Assembly (NCBI GenBank): GCA_964016885.1
Contig: OZ024740.1
Span: 277,946,001-278,010,000, forward strand
Direction: 5' to 3'
Source: Eledone cirrhosa
Taxonomy: Eukaryota
DNA: 64,000 nucleotides
The translations under genes were made by a program, and so were the position numbers. Under the pieces are notes generated by a model. The model saw nothing but the letters and a program-made list of their open reading frames with translations. It did not search any database and had not been told where the DNA came from. Positions 1 to 14,443 of the stretch are shown here, in pieces; position 1 is the first letter of the stretch, and each line of letters opens with the position of its first letter.

Positions 1-179
1 TCGATGAAACTCGAGGCTAGTGTGTATTTTAATCCGGGGATAAACGTGAGCTACATTAAATTTTCGTAAAATCGATAATCGGACACCCAGAGGCAAAAGT
101 CCGGCAACCGAAAAACGCCATTCTCTTGCTTCCATATGTCGCGACTCCCGCCATGCAAAAAACGTTCAATCTATCAGGA

Positions 180-2390
180 TTATCCACCGTAAGTCTCTTA
201 AATTAACGCTCACCATATTCAGCAAAACTTTTATGCCAATTCTTCCATTTCTTATATAAGGACTATCAAGACTATACCGCCGCGCATCATCCTGTATTGC
301 GCCCAGTCTTCTCAAGCGATCATCGAGCCTCCATGCGCTCACTTCATTCCCGTGGTCCCACTACCGTAGCATAATGAGGCATCCGTCAACCCCAGCCCTC
401 TCCCTTCCCTGCACGACGTCGACCCACTGCATCGTTGTGCATCACCATGCGCATATCTGCTTTGTTAGCCGTAATTCATTCCCCGGCCTTTTCCATTGTC
501 TTCCCTCCATGGTCCCTAAGGTCTGCCACGGCTCAACATGCCGAATCCATGCCACCGTCCACCCCTGCCCATTTCCATTGCCTACACTCCGGGAGAGCTC
601 AAGACTTCCATGCCTCACCAAGCCGCATCCCTACCACCGCCAACCCCTACCCTCTCCCTTCCCTGCACGCCGTCGTCCCACTGCATCGTCATGCCTCACC
701 ATGCCGCATTACTGCCCTGTCGGCCACCATCCCCTCCTCAGCCCTTTCGTTTGCCTGCCCACCGTGCTCCTTCAAGACTGCCATGCCTAACCAAGCCGCA
801 TCCCTGACACCATCAACTCCTGCCCTCTCGCTTCCCTGCACGCGGTTGTCGCACTGCATCGTCATGCCTCACCATGCCGCATGCCCACCCCTGCACTCTC
901 CCTTAACCAGCACGTCTTGGTCCTTCACGAGTGCCATGGCTCACCATGCGGAATCCCTGCAAACCGTCAATCCCGGCCATCTCCCTTCCCTGCACGCCGT
1001 CGACCCACTGTATCGTTATGCCTCACCATGCCGCATCCATGATCTGTCAGCCGCCATCCCCTCCTCAGGCTTTTATTTTTCCTGCCCGCCGTGCTCCTTC
1101 AAGACTGCCATGCCTAACCAAGCCGCATCCCTGCCACCGTCAACCCCTGCCCTCTCCCTTGCCCGCACGCCTTGGACCCTCACGACTGCCATGACTCACC
1201 ATTCAGCATTTCTGCCCTGTCAACAACTTGCTCAAATGTCATCGGCATGGTTTATTCCTGCGCCGCACATAACCGCCCATTATCTCAGACCAAAGACAGC
1301 ACCGAACATGAAGACGATCCTGTGTAAGTATTTTTACATTCATTTTGACCATATTTAACAAAATTAAACAAAAAGTCATCCCTTTCTCCTCCAAAGCCTA
1401 CCGATCATGTATGGCCGATAAACATCCTGCCTTGCACCCGGTTTTCTCAAACAATCATCATGCCTCCCGGTGCTCTCTACATTCCCGAGGTGCAACTCAA
1501 TTGGCATGCCGCATCCACGCCCTGTCAGCCGCCATGCACCCTGCCCTTTCGTCATGCCTCATCATGTTGCATCCCTGCCTTGTCAGCCGCCATCCACTCC
1601 CCGACCCTTTCCACTGCCTAGGCATGGCAGTCTTGAGGGACCAAGTCGTATCCCTGCCACTGTCAACCCCTGTCCTCTCCGTTCCCTGCACGCCGTCGTC
1701 CCACTGCATCGTCATGTATCACCATGCCGCATGAATGCTCTGTCAGCCCCATCCCCTCCTCGGCCCTTATTTTTCCTGCCCGCAGTGCTCCTTCAAGACT
1801 GCCATGGCTCACCATGCGGCATCCTTGCCACCGTCCACCCCTGCCGTCTTCCTTGATGCTGGCCGTCGTCCCACTGCATCGTCATGCCTCAGAATGCCGC
1901 ATCCATGTCAGCCACCATCCCCTCCTCAGCCCTTTCTATTGCCTGACCGCCGTGCGCCTTAAAGACTCCCATGGCTATCTATGCCGCATCAATTCCTTGC
2001 CACCCGCTTAAACGTCATCAGCATGGCCTATTGTTGCCCCATTTGACCAAAGATTTTCGCAGGCTAAACACAATACCAACGTGCACGATAGTCCATGGTA
2101 AATCTTTTTAATTACATGTTCATCATGCTAAGTAAAGGATGAATAGCAACTCTCTCATTTCTCCTGACATGCCTTTCTGTCAATTATGGCCGAGAAGCAT
2201 CCTGTGTAGCATCGTGTTTTCTCAAGCGATCAGCGTGCCTTCCACTGTCCTCACAATTGACTCACAACGCCGCATCTATTCCCTGCCACGCCCCTAAACA
2301 TCATCAGCATGGCTTATTTTTCTGCCGCGTTTATCCGGCCCTCATTCTATACAACAAAACCGCACGATCATGCACGAATATGTCCGGCAC
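180..2390. repeat. GC-rich higher-order satellite: ~81/92-bp subunits in blocks separated by a diverged ~200-bp AT-richer spacer
   Basis: The motif CATGCCTCACCA(T/A)GCCGCAT recurs at 609, 690, 782, 863, 935, 1017, 1109 and 1190. Spacer-like segments containing TTCTCAA(G/A)C(G/A)ATCA recur at ~180-360, ~1320-1490 and ~2090-2260. Confidence 0.85.
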
Positions 2391-2946
2391 TTAAGATAAC
2401 AATATATACAACAAAACAAGCTTCACAAGGAACACAGAGAAAATGAATTCATGAATAGATTTGAAGAAAAAATTTGGCAGTTATTATTAGTTTTTTTAAT
2501 TTATACAAGGAATTTCTCCATTTAAAGTAGAGGGAGGGGGACCACAAAGTATAGAATGTTTCGGATAAAGCAAGCAAAATCTATAAAAACACCATTGAGT
2601 AGATTTCATTTAAAAATCAGTTTTATAAAATATATATATATATATATACATAATATACACAAAGTGCAATATTAAACTCGTTTGAAGAAACAATCTTTAT
2701 CTTTTTCCTATGAGAATAAAGCAGAGCGTAAGATATATATATATAGAAGATGCAGTCAAGTTCCCATAAATTGAATGAAGCCCTTATATTTGAATGTATT
2801 TATTTTAGAGCTTGGTGGTGGTGTTATAATAGAAATGATTAACAGCTTATTTTTATTTTATATAGGATTTTATGTTGAGGATGCTATTGAAATATATGCT
2901 ACTGCTGAATGTTAGAGCCTTCTGAGATGCCGAAGTCACAAGAGTA

Positions 2947-3002
<56 letters not shown>

Positions 3003-3224
3003 AAGGATAACAAAATATCGTTATAGGTAATCCAATTAGAGGTTGTGAATACTTATTATTATGGATAGTTTTAGCGTACGGCGTTGCTTGACTCAACAAG
3101 AGGTTTACGTAGATGACGAGTTTGTGATTTCAATTGTATTCCTATATAAGTTTATCTTGGAGTAATAAAATTTAAAAAGTGGAGAATAACATGGTCAACA
3201 GTACAAAAAAAGGGGATTTATTTG

Positions 3225-3334
3225 CACTCTAACAATTGTTTCACTGATAGAGTTGTCTAAAAATTGCTGAACACTAAAAACAGTGCCACTCAATTTTAAA
3301 TGCGATGTTAACTCTACTAGATCATCGGAAACTG
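3225..3334 (-). ncRNA. Type I hammerhead candidate (CCGAUGA core variant, long stem II); inverted copy at 6998-7107 (+)
   Basis: cagttt-CCGATGA-[tagagtt...aactcta]-GAAA-CAATTG-TT-agagtg. The copy near 6725 has agactg, which gives a 6-bp stem I. Stem III is palindromic. Confidence 0.55.
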
Positions 3335-4054
3335 TTAAATAAATATATATGTAACCGGCAAATTTACAAATTCAAATTACATCATCAATAATAATATTAA
3401 TAATAAAGTTATAGAAAGAAAGGAGGAAGAAAGGGAGATAGATACAGCAAAGAAAGAAAGGAAAGGAATGAGAAAGAAGAAGGAAAAGGAAAAAGAAAAA
3501 GAAAAAGAAAAAGAAGAAGGAAAAGGAAAAAGAAAAAGACAATGAAGAAAAGGAGAAATTATTATAGATAGAAATATAAAGAGAGGAAGATATATAGAAG
3601 ATGGTGGTATATAGATGAGAGACAAACATAAGTAAGAATAACGTATGATAGAGAGAAGAGAAAAGAAGAATAGAAGGACAAATAGATGCATGAATAAATG
3701 TAAATAAAAATAAAAATAGATATATAAAAAATATATGAAAAAATTGTGAAAATATGATAATGTTAAAAGTATTTAAGTGTGTAATGGTTATTTTAATAAA
3801 TAAATTAATTAATTAGTTTTAAGTTATATCATATGATAAAATAAAATGACAGAGATGAAATAAATTTAGGGAGAGAAATATTAAGATAAAGAGTGAAAAA
3901 TAGAGATATATAAAATAAGAATGTAAACATAAGAGGTTTTTGATGTTTGATAGATGATGACAATTATAATTATAATTATAATTATAAGATGATGATGTGA
4001 TATGATAATAGATCCAATTGGTATAATCTGGGTTATAGAATAGATAAGATGGAA

Positions 4055-6452
4055 TTAAGTTGGTCTAAAGTTCTCAAATTTAATCGCCGATTTATGTCGA
4101 CAAAAAATGTTTTTTTCAATTTTAATGTTAAGAAGAATATTTTGGTTATTTAAAATTTGTAAAAGTTCCATACTACAGAGAGAACAGTGGGACATACCAA
4201 TTTGATAGGCCTTTGCTTTTGATAGCTTTGTCCAGCTGATTTCATATTCCATGTTTGCATCTTTAAGTTGCCAGATTTCATTGGCGAGAGTCGTTGTCTT
4301 TGAGAGATTCCTGTTAGTCATAGAGTGTCTATGTACGTACCACCTTTTCTTAAACTCCCCAGCTGTGGGACCAATGTAATGCCATGCTAAGCTACCTGAA
4401 TTTATAGTACATAGGTATACTATATTTGTCTCTAGGCATCTATTTTGTAAAGGGTATTTGTCAGGTAGATGGCAGTTACATTTAGATGCTTTTCTATGCG
4501 CCGGTTATTATATATGGTTTTGTAGGTTGCTATGTATGGGCTGAGAATTGGGTTTGTTGATGTATTGTGGTGATGTGCTCTGACGTGTGTTTGGTTGTGA
4601 TGATGTCATATGCTTATGTTTTGTATTAAGTATATGGTACTTATTTGCGAGCCACTTGTATTATAAATTCTTTTATAGTTAATTTGATGTATGTGCGATT
4701 CTGTGTTGTTGGCAGTAGAGTATGATAGTTTGATAGTTTTTCTATTAAAGATTTTATGATATTTATGAATTTTAGGGAAATGTTTGTCAACTAATTTGAA
4801 GAAAGTGTAAGGTAGCTTAGTTTTAAAGAGGAGTTAAACATTGGATTGAACCATAAGTAGTTTCTATTTCTGCATCTTCTATAGTTATTAGTGGTATTTG
4901 TATTAGTACTCTGTTCCTTTAATTTACGTGCTTGTTGCCAATTTTTATGTTTAGTCCTAGGTTTGTTGTTTCTATAGGTGTGGATGGTGCTATTAATATT
5001 AAGTGTGTTGTTATTTTTTGTATCTGGTATGCATTTGAGTCTCTCTTTATGGCCTGCCTTAAGTAAAGCTATGTTGTAGTAGTTAGCGTGTTCATTAAAA
5101 GTTTCTGTTAGAAGATAGGCGCGATATTCTAAGGGATATACTATGTGCTATGGAGTTAATTATGGATCGAGGGTGATTAAAGTTATAATCAATGTAAGCT
5201 AAATTTTCATTATTTTTATGGAAGGGTTCTATTAGTTCTAGTTAAGGTTGAGCGATACATCTAAGAAATTAGCTTTTTTAGAGTTGGGTTCAAAAGTGAT
5301 GTTAAGGCCGAAATTATTAAAGAATTTTCTAATGTTTTTCCTTAATCTTTCTAAGTTTTGATTATTTAAGTTTTTAGCTAAAAGTAGTGTATCGTCTCTA
5401 TAGATTCCTCCTTGTAGGTTATCAAATTCTCTAGGTACGAAATGCTATATAAATTCCAACAATGTCTGTGATTTGGGCTGAATCATTTGATCCCATAGTT
5501 ATATCGAAGTTATTCGGGCTCTTCTTTCGCTCCCAGTAACTATTGTCGAATTTAATGATCGTTCTTCTAGCAGCTAGTATTATTTTAATTTCGTCTGGTG
5601 AAAGGTCAGAGTTTTTTTTGTGCAAAGGATAGTGCCTTATTTAGGGTAACTGGGGAAATAGAAGAGTAGTAGTCATTTATGTGAAATTGTATAAAGTCGG
5701 AAGATTCTCTATTGTCTAATTTATTAAACCAATCTATTGCTTCATTTATGTTACCCCAGAACTTGATTATTAGTTGTTCTTTAATTTGTGGTATTATTCT
5801 ATCTATTATAAACTTGCTAATTCTGCCTATATCTGATTTTGATGGACATATTAATCTAATAGTAGGGTTAGTTTCGAAGTTACATTTATGATCCTTCAGA
5901 TTAAAAGTGGGTGTACAAGGGGTTAGAGGTTCTGTTCTATCGGATATTTTAAGTTTTTTTACAATGTTAAGACCTTCCTTGTTAATGCTATTGAGTGTAG
6001 ACTAGTTTTCTTGTATTTTTTATGTAATTCCCGGCGTATAAAATTGTTGTATGTATTAAGGCTCATGGTATATAGATTTGATGTTTTGTCTGCCTTCACT
6101 ATAATACCGTTGGTGCTACGTAATTTTTTTAGTAGTGCATTGATGTTATTTTGCAGTTTGTTATGATGTGTTCGTTTTTTGAATTTAATTTCTTTTATCA
6201 TGTTCATGAGGTTAAGTTCAAAGGCATCAAGTTGTGGCTTGCTGGGTGGATTTTTGCAGGATCTAAACCCATATTTTTCACTGGTAGACACATTATTTCT
6301 ATCATTATTATAATGTCCGTTATCGTAATGATATGCTTTCCATCTGATTCTACGGATAAAGTCATTAGTTCTTTACATCATACCGAGCATATATTCCTTA
6401 TTTGTAGGTATAGGCATGGTTTTAAGGACATTACCATATAGTGTTTTTCCAT
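4055..6452 (-). pseudogene. Frameshifted PLE RT-GIY-YIG ORF (Naiad-type)
   Basis: Translated motifs: N-terminal PIPTNKEY...RRIRWKAY...YGFRSCKNPP; RT FDITMGSNDSAQITDIVG and GGIYRDD; linker CNCHLPDKYPLQNRCL; GIY-YIG NIVY...YIG...FKKRW..H, LANEIWQLK, CSLC..E..LLN...CRH. Several stops and frameshifts. Confidence 0.88.
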
Positions 6453-7158
6453 GTTAGTGCCGTGCGTTAAATTGATTGCTCAACCTAATGGGAGCTTGGT
6501 ATAAAGGATAACAAAATATCGTTATAGGTAATCCAATTAGAGGTTGTGAATACTTATTATTATGGATAGTTTTAGCGTACGGCGTTGCTTGACTCAACAA
6601 GTGGTTTACGTAGATGACGAATTTATGATTTCACTTGTATTCCTATGTAAGTTTATCTTGGAGTAATAAAATTGAAAAAGTAGAGAATAACATGGTCAAC
6701 AGTACAAAGAAGGGGATTTATTTGCAGTCTAACAATTGTTTCACTGATAGTTGTCTAAAAATTAATGAACACTAAAAACAGAGCCACTCAATAATAATTT
6801 CTCCTTTTCTTCTTCTTTCTCTTTCTCTTTTTCTTTTTTCCTTTTCCTTCCTCTTCTCTCTCCTTCCTTTCCTTTCTTTCTTTACTGTATCTATCTTTCT
6901 TTCTTCCTCCTTTCTCTCTATATCTTTATTATTAATATTATTATTGATGATATAATTTTAATTTGTAAATTTGTCGGTTACATATATATTTTTTTAACAG
7001 TTTCCGATGATCTAGTAGAGTTAACATCGCATTTAAAATTGAGTGGCACTGTTTTTAGTGTTCAGCAATTTTTAGACAACTCTATCAGTGAAACAATTGT
7101 TAGAGTGCAAATAAATCCCCTTTTTTGTACTATTGACCATGTTATTCTCCACTTTTTC

Positions 7159-7235
<77 letters not shown>

Positions 7236-7238
<3 letters not shown>

Positions 7239-7492
7239 AAAAAGAGATGAAATCGAAAATGCAACTGGAATCTTATTTTTTTTTTTTTTAATATATGTAT
7301 TTATTTGGTTCCTTTACCGGTTTCGCAGTTCTTCTGCTTTTCAAAAGGTGAGTTGAGATGGAGGGTCTGTGGTTTTTCTCACATCTGTGAGACCCTCCAT
7401 CTCAACTCACCTTTTAAAAACCAAATAAATATATATATATTTTTTTTAAACAAGACTCCAGTTGCATTTTCAATTTCATCTCTTTTTCCTTA
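7236..7492. mobile_element. Short fold-back pLTR derivative in (TA)n; same family as 59483-59870
   Basis: Arms aaagagatgaaatcgaaaatgcaactgga / tccagttgcattttcaatttcatctcttt and aaaaggtgagttgagatggagggtct / agaccctccatctcaactcacctttt. Confidence 0.8.
7311..7348 (-). ncRNA. Minimal type I hammerhead, U3-A8 core variant
   Basis: Minus strand reads cctt-TTGAAAA-gcag aagaa ctgc-GAAA-CCGG-TA-aagg. Confidence 0.7.
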
Positions 7493-7549
7493 TACTTTCA
7501 CTCGTGTAAGACACCTCGGTTATTTTTCAATTTGTAAAAAAAACCTCAC

Positions 7550-8777
<1,228 letters not shown>

Positions 8778-8985
8778 TAACATAACAGATTAAAGTTTAA
8801 GCAAAGAATCGCTATGTTTCGTTTCTGAATTTGTTTAGCAGGTTTCTTTATTTTAAAACGTGTGTTGAATTTGCAACATGGCCCTCCCAAAGTATAACAA
8901 TATATATATATATATACTTTATTTCATTACATATATTTCGAAGATGCAAAGTTTTATGTGTAACATTGATTAAACACACACACAC

Positions 8986-9032
<47 letters not shown>

Positions 9033-9159
9033 GAGAGAGAGAGAGAGAGAGAAGGGGGAAAGAGGGAGGGATATGTGTAAAATCCCCACCGTGGTGCCAA
9101 GCGGTTTCGGCTTGTGTATTAAGTAAGCCATATCAAAGGCTATAATATATATTTATATT

Positions 9160-12100
9160 ATAATAATTGGAGTAAAAATACGATATTGTCAAATGGAAAC
9201 CATATTTATAAAACCATATTTATTTCATTATACATATTTCAAGGAGACCAAGTCAAATTATGGTGTGCTTTCATCAGATAAAATATAATATAGAGCAGTT
9301 TTATAAATAAATATTGACATACCCTTAAAGAATGCAACCATTACTGTTGGAAGCTCCCGGATAGTGGAGTTATATTTATACTTATAGTATTAAGTAAGTT
9401 AGTATTGGATATTTTTAAATAAGCCGTTGGGTTACGGAGAAAGAGAAAGAGAGAGAGAGCAGAATAACAGAGAGAAAAAAGAGAGAAAAAAAGAGAGAGA
9501 GAGAGCATAACAACAGAGAGAGAAAAGAAATAGAAATAGAAAAAATAAAAAGAGAGAGAGAGAGGAGAAAGGGAAAGGAGAGAGAGAGTGAAAACTCTAA
9601 GACATATCTTGTTGATTTATCTTAAAATTTGAGATGAAATGAATAAATAAAATTAGAAATGTTAATAATCATAAATGGAATATACATATATAATATGAGT
9701 AATTTAACCATTGTTTAAATATGATTAAATGTTTAGTTAATCAGTTATAATATTGAGATCAATACGTTAAAAATTGAGATCTATATATTAAAAAATCTAT
9801 ATATTATTATTAAGACTATATATTATAAGAAGAATATAACACATATACATACGCAAAAATATAAATATATATACACACGTATAAAAATATATATATATAT
9901 CTAACTACGTATATAATATATACATACAAAATATAAAGGATTTTTATTTAAGATATAGGAAAAACTTATAAAATCAGAGTAAGTCTTTTCAATGTAATAT
10001 CAAAGCAGCGTGAAGGAAAATTACGTGACTTAGTTATATAGATGATACAATTGTTAAGATATTAAAGGAATGTTTTTTTGTTATACACACTTTATGTTAT
10101 TATACAAAATTTTATATAAGTTTTATAAGATTAACCTGTTAGGTAGTTATGACTGTTATTATATGTTTATTTGTCACGAACCTTGGGATAATCTCTATAA
10201 ATAAGTGTAATCGAATTGTATGCGTATATATATATATATACATACACAATTCACACATATACATATATATATATATATACACATGTACCCACACGAATAT
10301 GTAGATATGCATCACATACACATATACATACAAATAGACATACACGCATAAAACATATGTATATGTATATCAATACACACATATACATACACATACGCAC
10401 ATATATAGAGAGAATAATATATAAATATAGTACATAGTATAATTGAAGTACATAAAATACAAAAGAATTATATTACGATTTGAAAATATAATTATAAGCT
10501 ATATAACTTTAAAACAATATAATAATTTTAAAAATATTATAGAATATTTCAAGTTATAATTTTAAAATAATGATATGTTTAATAAATTTAGTATAAAAAT
10601 GTTCTACGTATATTTAACTTAATTTACTTTTATATCCATAAGAGAAAGAAAAAGAAAAAGAAACTTTCAAAAGATAAACTTTCGAAAATAGGAGTAACTA
10701 TCAAAAATTATTTTCCCATTTTAAGAGCTTTCAGTATATTTCTCTAGAAGAATTTATTATGTTTATTTATATTTAGGAAGAAAAGTTTTACTTGAGTGTA
10801 TAATCAGTAAAAAAAATCAGGAACTGAATAAATTGTTCCTTAGGTTCAGGGAATTTTTGGTCTTTAATATAAAGAATATTTCTTCTATACAAAGATCACA
10901 ATTTTCTGAAGAGGAGTTAAAAGGAGTAGCTTATGAAATAATATTCCAAATCAACGAATATTTAACATTCTTTAGTTTGAGGTCCCATAATAAGCTAGAT
11001 AGAGAAGTTGAAGATTTTTGTTTGGATCTGTAAAATAATTTTTATGATTATTGAAGCGGGATTTAAACTCTGTGGAAGTGGATCCCACATAATTAAATGA
11101 ATTTAAATTAGTTTTTACATGACAATTATATACTATATTTTTAGCTAAGCAATTGTTATTTAACGGACAGTTAGATTTAATTCTACAGTTACAGTTACAT
11201 TGGATATTGCTGGAGTTATTAGTGGTATTTTGGTTAGATTTTAAATTTCTATTATTAATTCTATTAATATTTTGCGCTAAGTTTTTGGTGGAAGAATAAG
11301 TTAATGTTATAGTATGTCTATTAAAAATTGAATAATATCTATGTGTTGTAGGGAAGCATTTGTCAAGAGCTTTAAAAAATAGTTTAGCAATAGGGGTTTT
11401 AATCTTTAATGAGAAAGGAGGAGCGAACCATAATATGTTCCTAGTTCTATTCCTTTTTTTTGTTTTCGGAATTATTGTAAGGTTTTCTATTATAGTTGTT
11501 AAAATTGTTAAAATAGTTAAAATTGTTACGATTATGGTTAGTTGTTATATTATTATTATCAATGTATTTAATTTTATTTCTATACCCAGCTCTACCTACC
11601 GCTTCGTTGTAATAATGTGCTTTTTCATCAAATATATTCTTATTAGCTGAAAATCTCGAAATTCGTTCCTGTACAGAGTTCACTATAGTATTTTTAACGG
11701 ATCTGGGGTGATTATAGTTAAAATTGACGTAGTTTAAGTTCTCATTTAGTTTGTGAAATGGATAATGAAGACATGTGTTAAGGTTTAGTGTTACATCTAG
11801 AAAGTTAACTATTTTATGGTTATTCTCTATTTCTACTTTTAGATTAAGGTAATTAAAAAATTGTATAATTTGTTTTCTTTTTCTATTTAGTTCACAGTTA
11901 TTATTTTCTATAAGTAAAAGCATGTCGTCACGATATAAACCTCCGGTTAAATCAGGTATTTTCCTATGTATAGAATTATTTATAAAGAAGCCCACAAGAT
12001 CCGTTACCTGAGCAGAATCTTGTTCTCTCTTTTTTCTCTCTGTTATTCTGCTCTCTCTCTTTCTCTTTCTCCGTAACCCAACGGCTTATTTAAAAATATC

Positions 12101-12327
12101 CAATACTAACTTACCTAATACTATAAGTATAAATATAAGTCCACTATCCGGGAGCTTCCAACAGTAATGGTTGCATTATTTAAGGGTATGTCAATATTTA
12201 TTTATAAAACTGCTCTATATTATATTTTATCTGATGAAAGCACACCATAATTTAACTTGGTATCATTGAAATATGTATAATGAAATAAATATGGTTTTAT
12301 AAATATAGTTTCCATTTGTTAATATCG

Positions 12328-12330
<3 letters not shown>
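9160..12330 (-). mobile_element. 5'-truncated Naiad-type PLE with inverted pLTR
   Basis: Coding remnant ~10750-12020: SAQVTDLVG, GGLYRDD, VNFLDVTLNL, NHP, ILWFAPPFS, CNCRIKSNCPLNNNCL, YVGST..FKSRFNNH, CDLCIEE. 12020-12330 is the reverse complement of ~9178-9490. Confidence 0.9.
9221..9285 (-). ncRNA. Type I hammerhead in Naiad pLTR; inverted copy at 12223-12287 (+)
   Basis: tattttat-CTGATGA-aag..cca...tgg..ctt-GAAA-TATGTA-TA-atgaaata. Confidence 0.75.
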
Positions 12331-12379
<49 letters not shown>

Positions 12380-12382
<3 letters not shown>

Positions 12383-13205
12383 GAAAATAGAGAAATTAAT
12401 GTGAGCAAGAAGCCAACAGTATTTCATAATATATAAGTGACTATAACGTCAACATGGAAAATAATTAACCTAAGATATGGGAAAATAATTCAAACTCAAT
12501 TAAAAAAAAATAAAGAGAGATTTTATCCACAGATTTTGTGAAATCCAGGGAAAAAAACCAATAGAGTCTTAACTCAGAATAAAATAAAGTTTAAATACTC
12601 ATCCTTCAATTTGGAAAAACTACAAATGCTCTATATAGTCTTAAAAATACTATTTCACGAAACTTTTCAGTGGTATTAGTCACGGTTGGAATCGTTCCTC
12701 AGTAGAGCTCAACACGATAACCAAAAGGACCACTGCCAAAATATGCCAGAAAGGGAATTTAAAAGCAGGCTAGTTCACCTCGTGCGGAATTATGAAAATA
12801 AACACACATGGAGCGACATGGCTGGTGATGTCAGAATGAGAGGAATGTCTATTTACAAGAAACAGCAGTCAAAAACATTCCGAAAAAGCTCTACAAAATG
12901 TAAGGAGTTCAGCAAAATAACAATATTATCGCGGTTTTTTTTTTTAAAAAGACCGGGATTTGTCACAAATAATTTTAAGGACTCTAGGAAAAATTCCGAG
13001 TATAAATATAAATGAAAGTAGAGAAATGAATGTGAGCAAGAAGCCAACAGTATTTCAAAAAAGTGACTATAACGTCAAAATGGAAAATAATTAACGTAAG
13101 ATATGGGAAAATAATTCATACACAATTAAAAAAAATCAAGACAGAGATTTTATCCACAGATTTTGTGAAATCCAGGGAAAAAACCAGTAGAATCTTAACT
13201 CAGAA
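12380..13205. mobile_element. (TA)n-embedded element with ~200-bp direct terminal repeats (pLTR-like)
   Basis: 12380-12580 is repeated at 13011-13205. Confidence 0.7.
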
Positions 13206-13364
13206 TATATATATATAGAGAGAGAGAGAGAGAAAGAGAGAGAGAGGAGGGGGAGATATGTGTAAAATCCCCACCGTGGTGCTAAGCGGTTTCGGCTTGT
13301 GTATTAAGGAAAACTTATCAAGGGCTATAATATATATTTATTTATATATATATATGCAAACAGC

Positions 13365-13542
13365 ACGGACACTCTATCTCAAAATTATTTTTGAAAAGCA
13401 TTTAGAAATGCGCAACCGGTAAAAACTTAAAAACTTAAAACCACAACTGAATACTAACCCATACAATCACTAATACTCTTTTATTCCTAATTAAACCATT
13501 TTTCAACTGTGAACAATTTGTCAGCATTTTCTATTCCGTTTA

Positions 13543-13546
<4 letters not shown>
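13365..13546 (+). repeat. Dispersed repeat (copy at 30481-30652) carrying a UUGAAAA hammerhead-like motif
   Basis: Two near-identical copies, both ending at (TA)n. Motif: ttt-TTGAAAA-gcatt..aatgc-GCAA-CCGG-TA-aaa. Confidence 0.75.
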
Positions 13547-13625
<79 letters not shown>

Positions 13626-13651
13626 GTGTGTGTCTGTATGTAAATATACAG

Positions 13652-13715
<64 letters not shown>

Positions 13716-14399
13716 AAGATGAATATAAAATGAAAGTACTTTTTTTTTAAAAAGAGAATTTATTAGGTATTGACATATATTTCTGTAACAGACGAAATAC
13801 CTATGTATCGCTGCTTGCGTAATCATATAATGTTAGCAAGTATTCGATAGCAAATGTATAATCAGTTGTCACTTCTTCAGAGATTTTGGGTAAATTGGAA
13901 AAAATCAGAAAAATTGAAGTATTTATATTAGTTGGAATAGAGGAAGACGAGAAGGGATAGTATATGACAGGGGATAGTATATGACAATTTACTGCTAAAC
14001 AAGTATATAAAGGGTTTTTAATGAGAATACAATGAGTAAATGGTTTATTTTATCTAAATAAGAATTTTGGGGAGTGCCTATTTTAATCTATACCTGACCA
14101 ATTGAACAATGGACAGGGCTGGTCATTTGGTGTAGAAGTATTAATTATAAAGTGTCAATTAAGGAAGGGGGAGATTTCGACTGCTACTGAATAACATCAA
14201 AGCTAGTAGCCAGCTGGTATATGCATTAGGGAATTGAATTAAGAAATCTCATTTTATCTATAGCAGTTTATATTAAATGGTAAATAATAGAAGAGTTGAT
14301 AGAATTAAGACTAATAGAGAATGTTAATATGTATTTTGACAATCAAACGGAGATGGAGACAGCCGTTCAATCCTGGTTATATATATATATATATATATT

Positions 14400-14443
<44 letters not shown>

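Larger units (their letters stand above)
3001..7160 (-). mobile_element. Near full-length Penelope-like element, Naiad-type, with 3' pLTR, partial direct 5' pLTR and inverted pLTR
   Basis: 3001-3293 is repeated directly at 6502-6791, and 6793-7160 is the reverse complement of ~3170-3560. The element is bounded by (TA)n on both sides and encloses an RT + GIY-YIG coding remnant. Confidence 0.9.

Noticed and set aside
435-1358. 307-aa Pro/Ser/His-rich ORF
   Set aside because: It lies in a GC-rich satellite that is open in several frames with frame-inconsistent unit lengths, and has no recognisable domain.
4055-6452. Selenoprotein-type Naiad (in-frame UGA at conserved Cys plus SECIS)
   Set aside because: The conserved Cys codons I could read in the three Naiad endonuclease regions are TGT/TGC. 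The TGA at ~36516 replaces a conserved Trp. No SECIS could be supported by eye.
12640-12710. Additional hammerhead-like motifs here and at ~13770-13880, ~31480-31570 and ~36970-37015
   Set aside because: Core halves are present, but stem I does not pair or the core has several defects.
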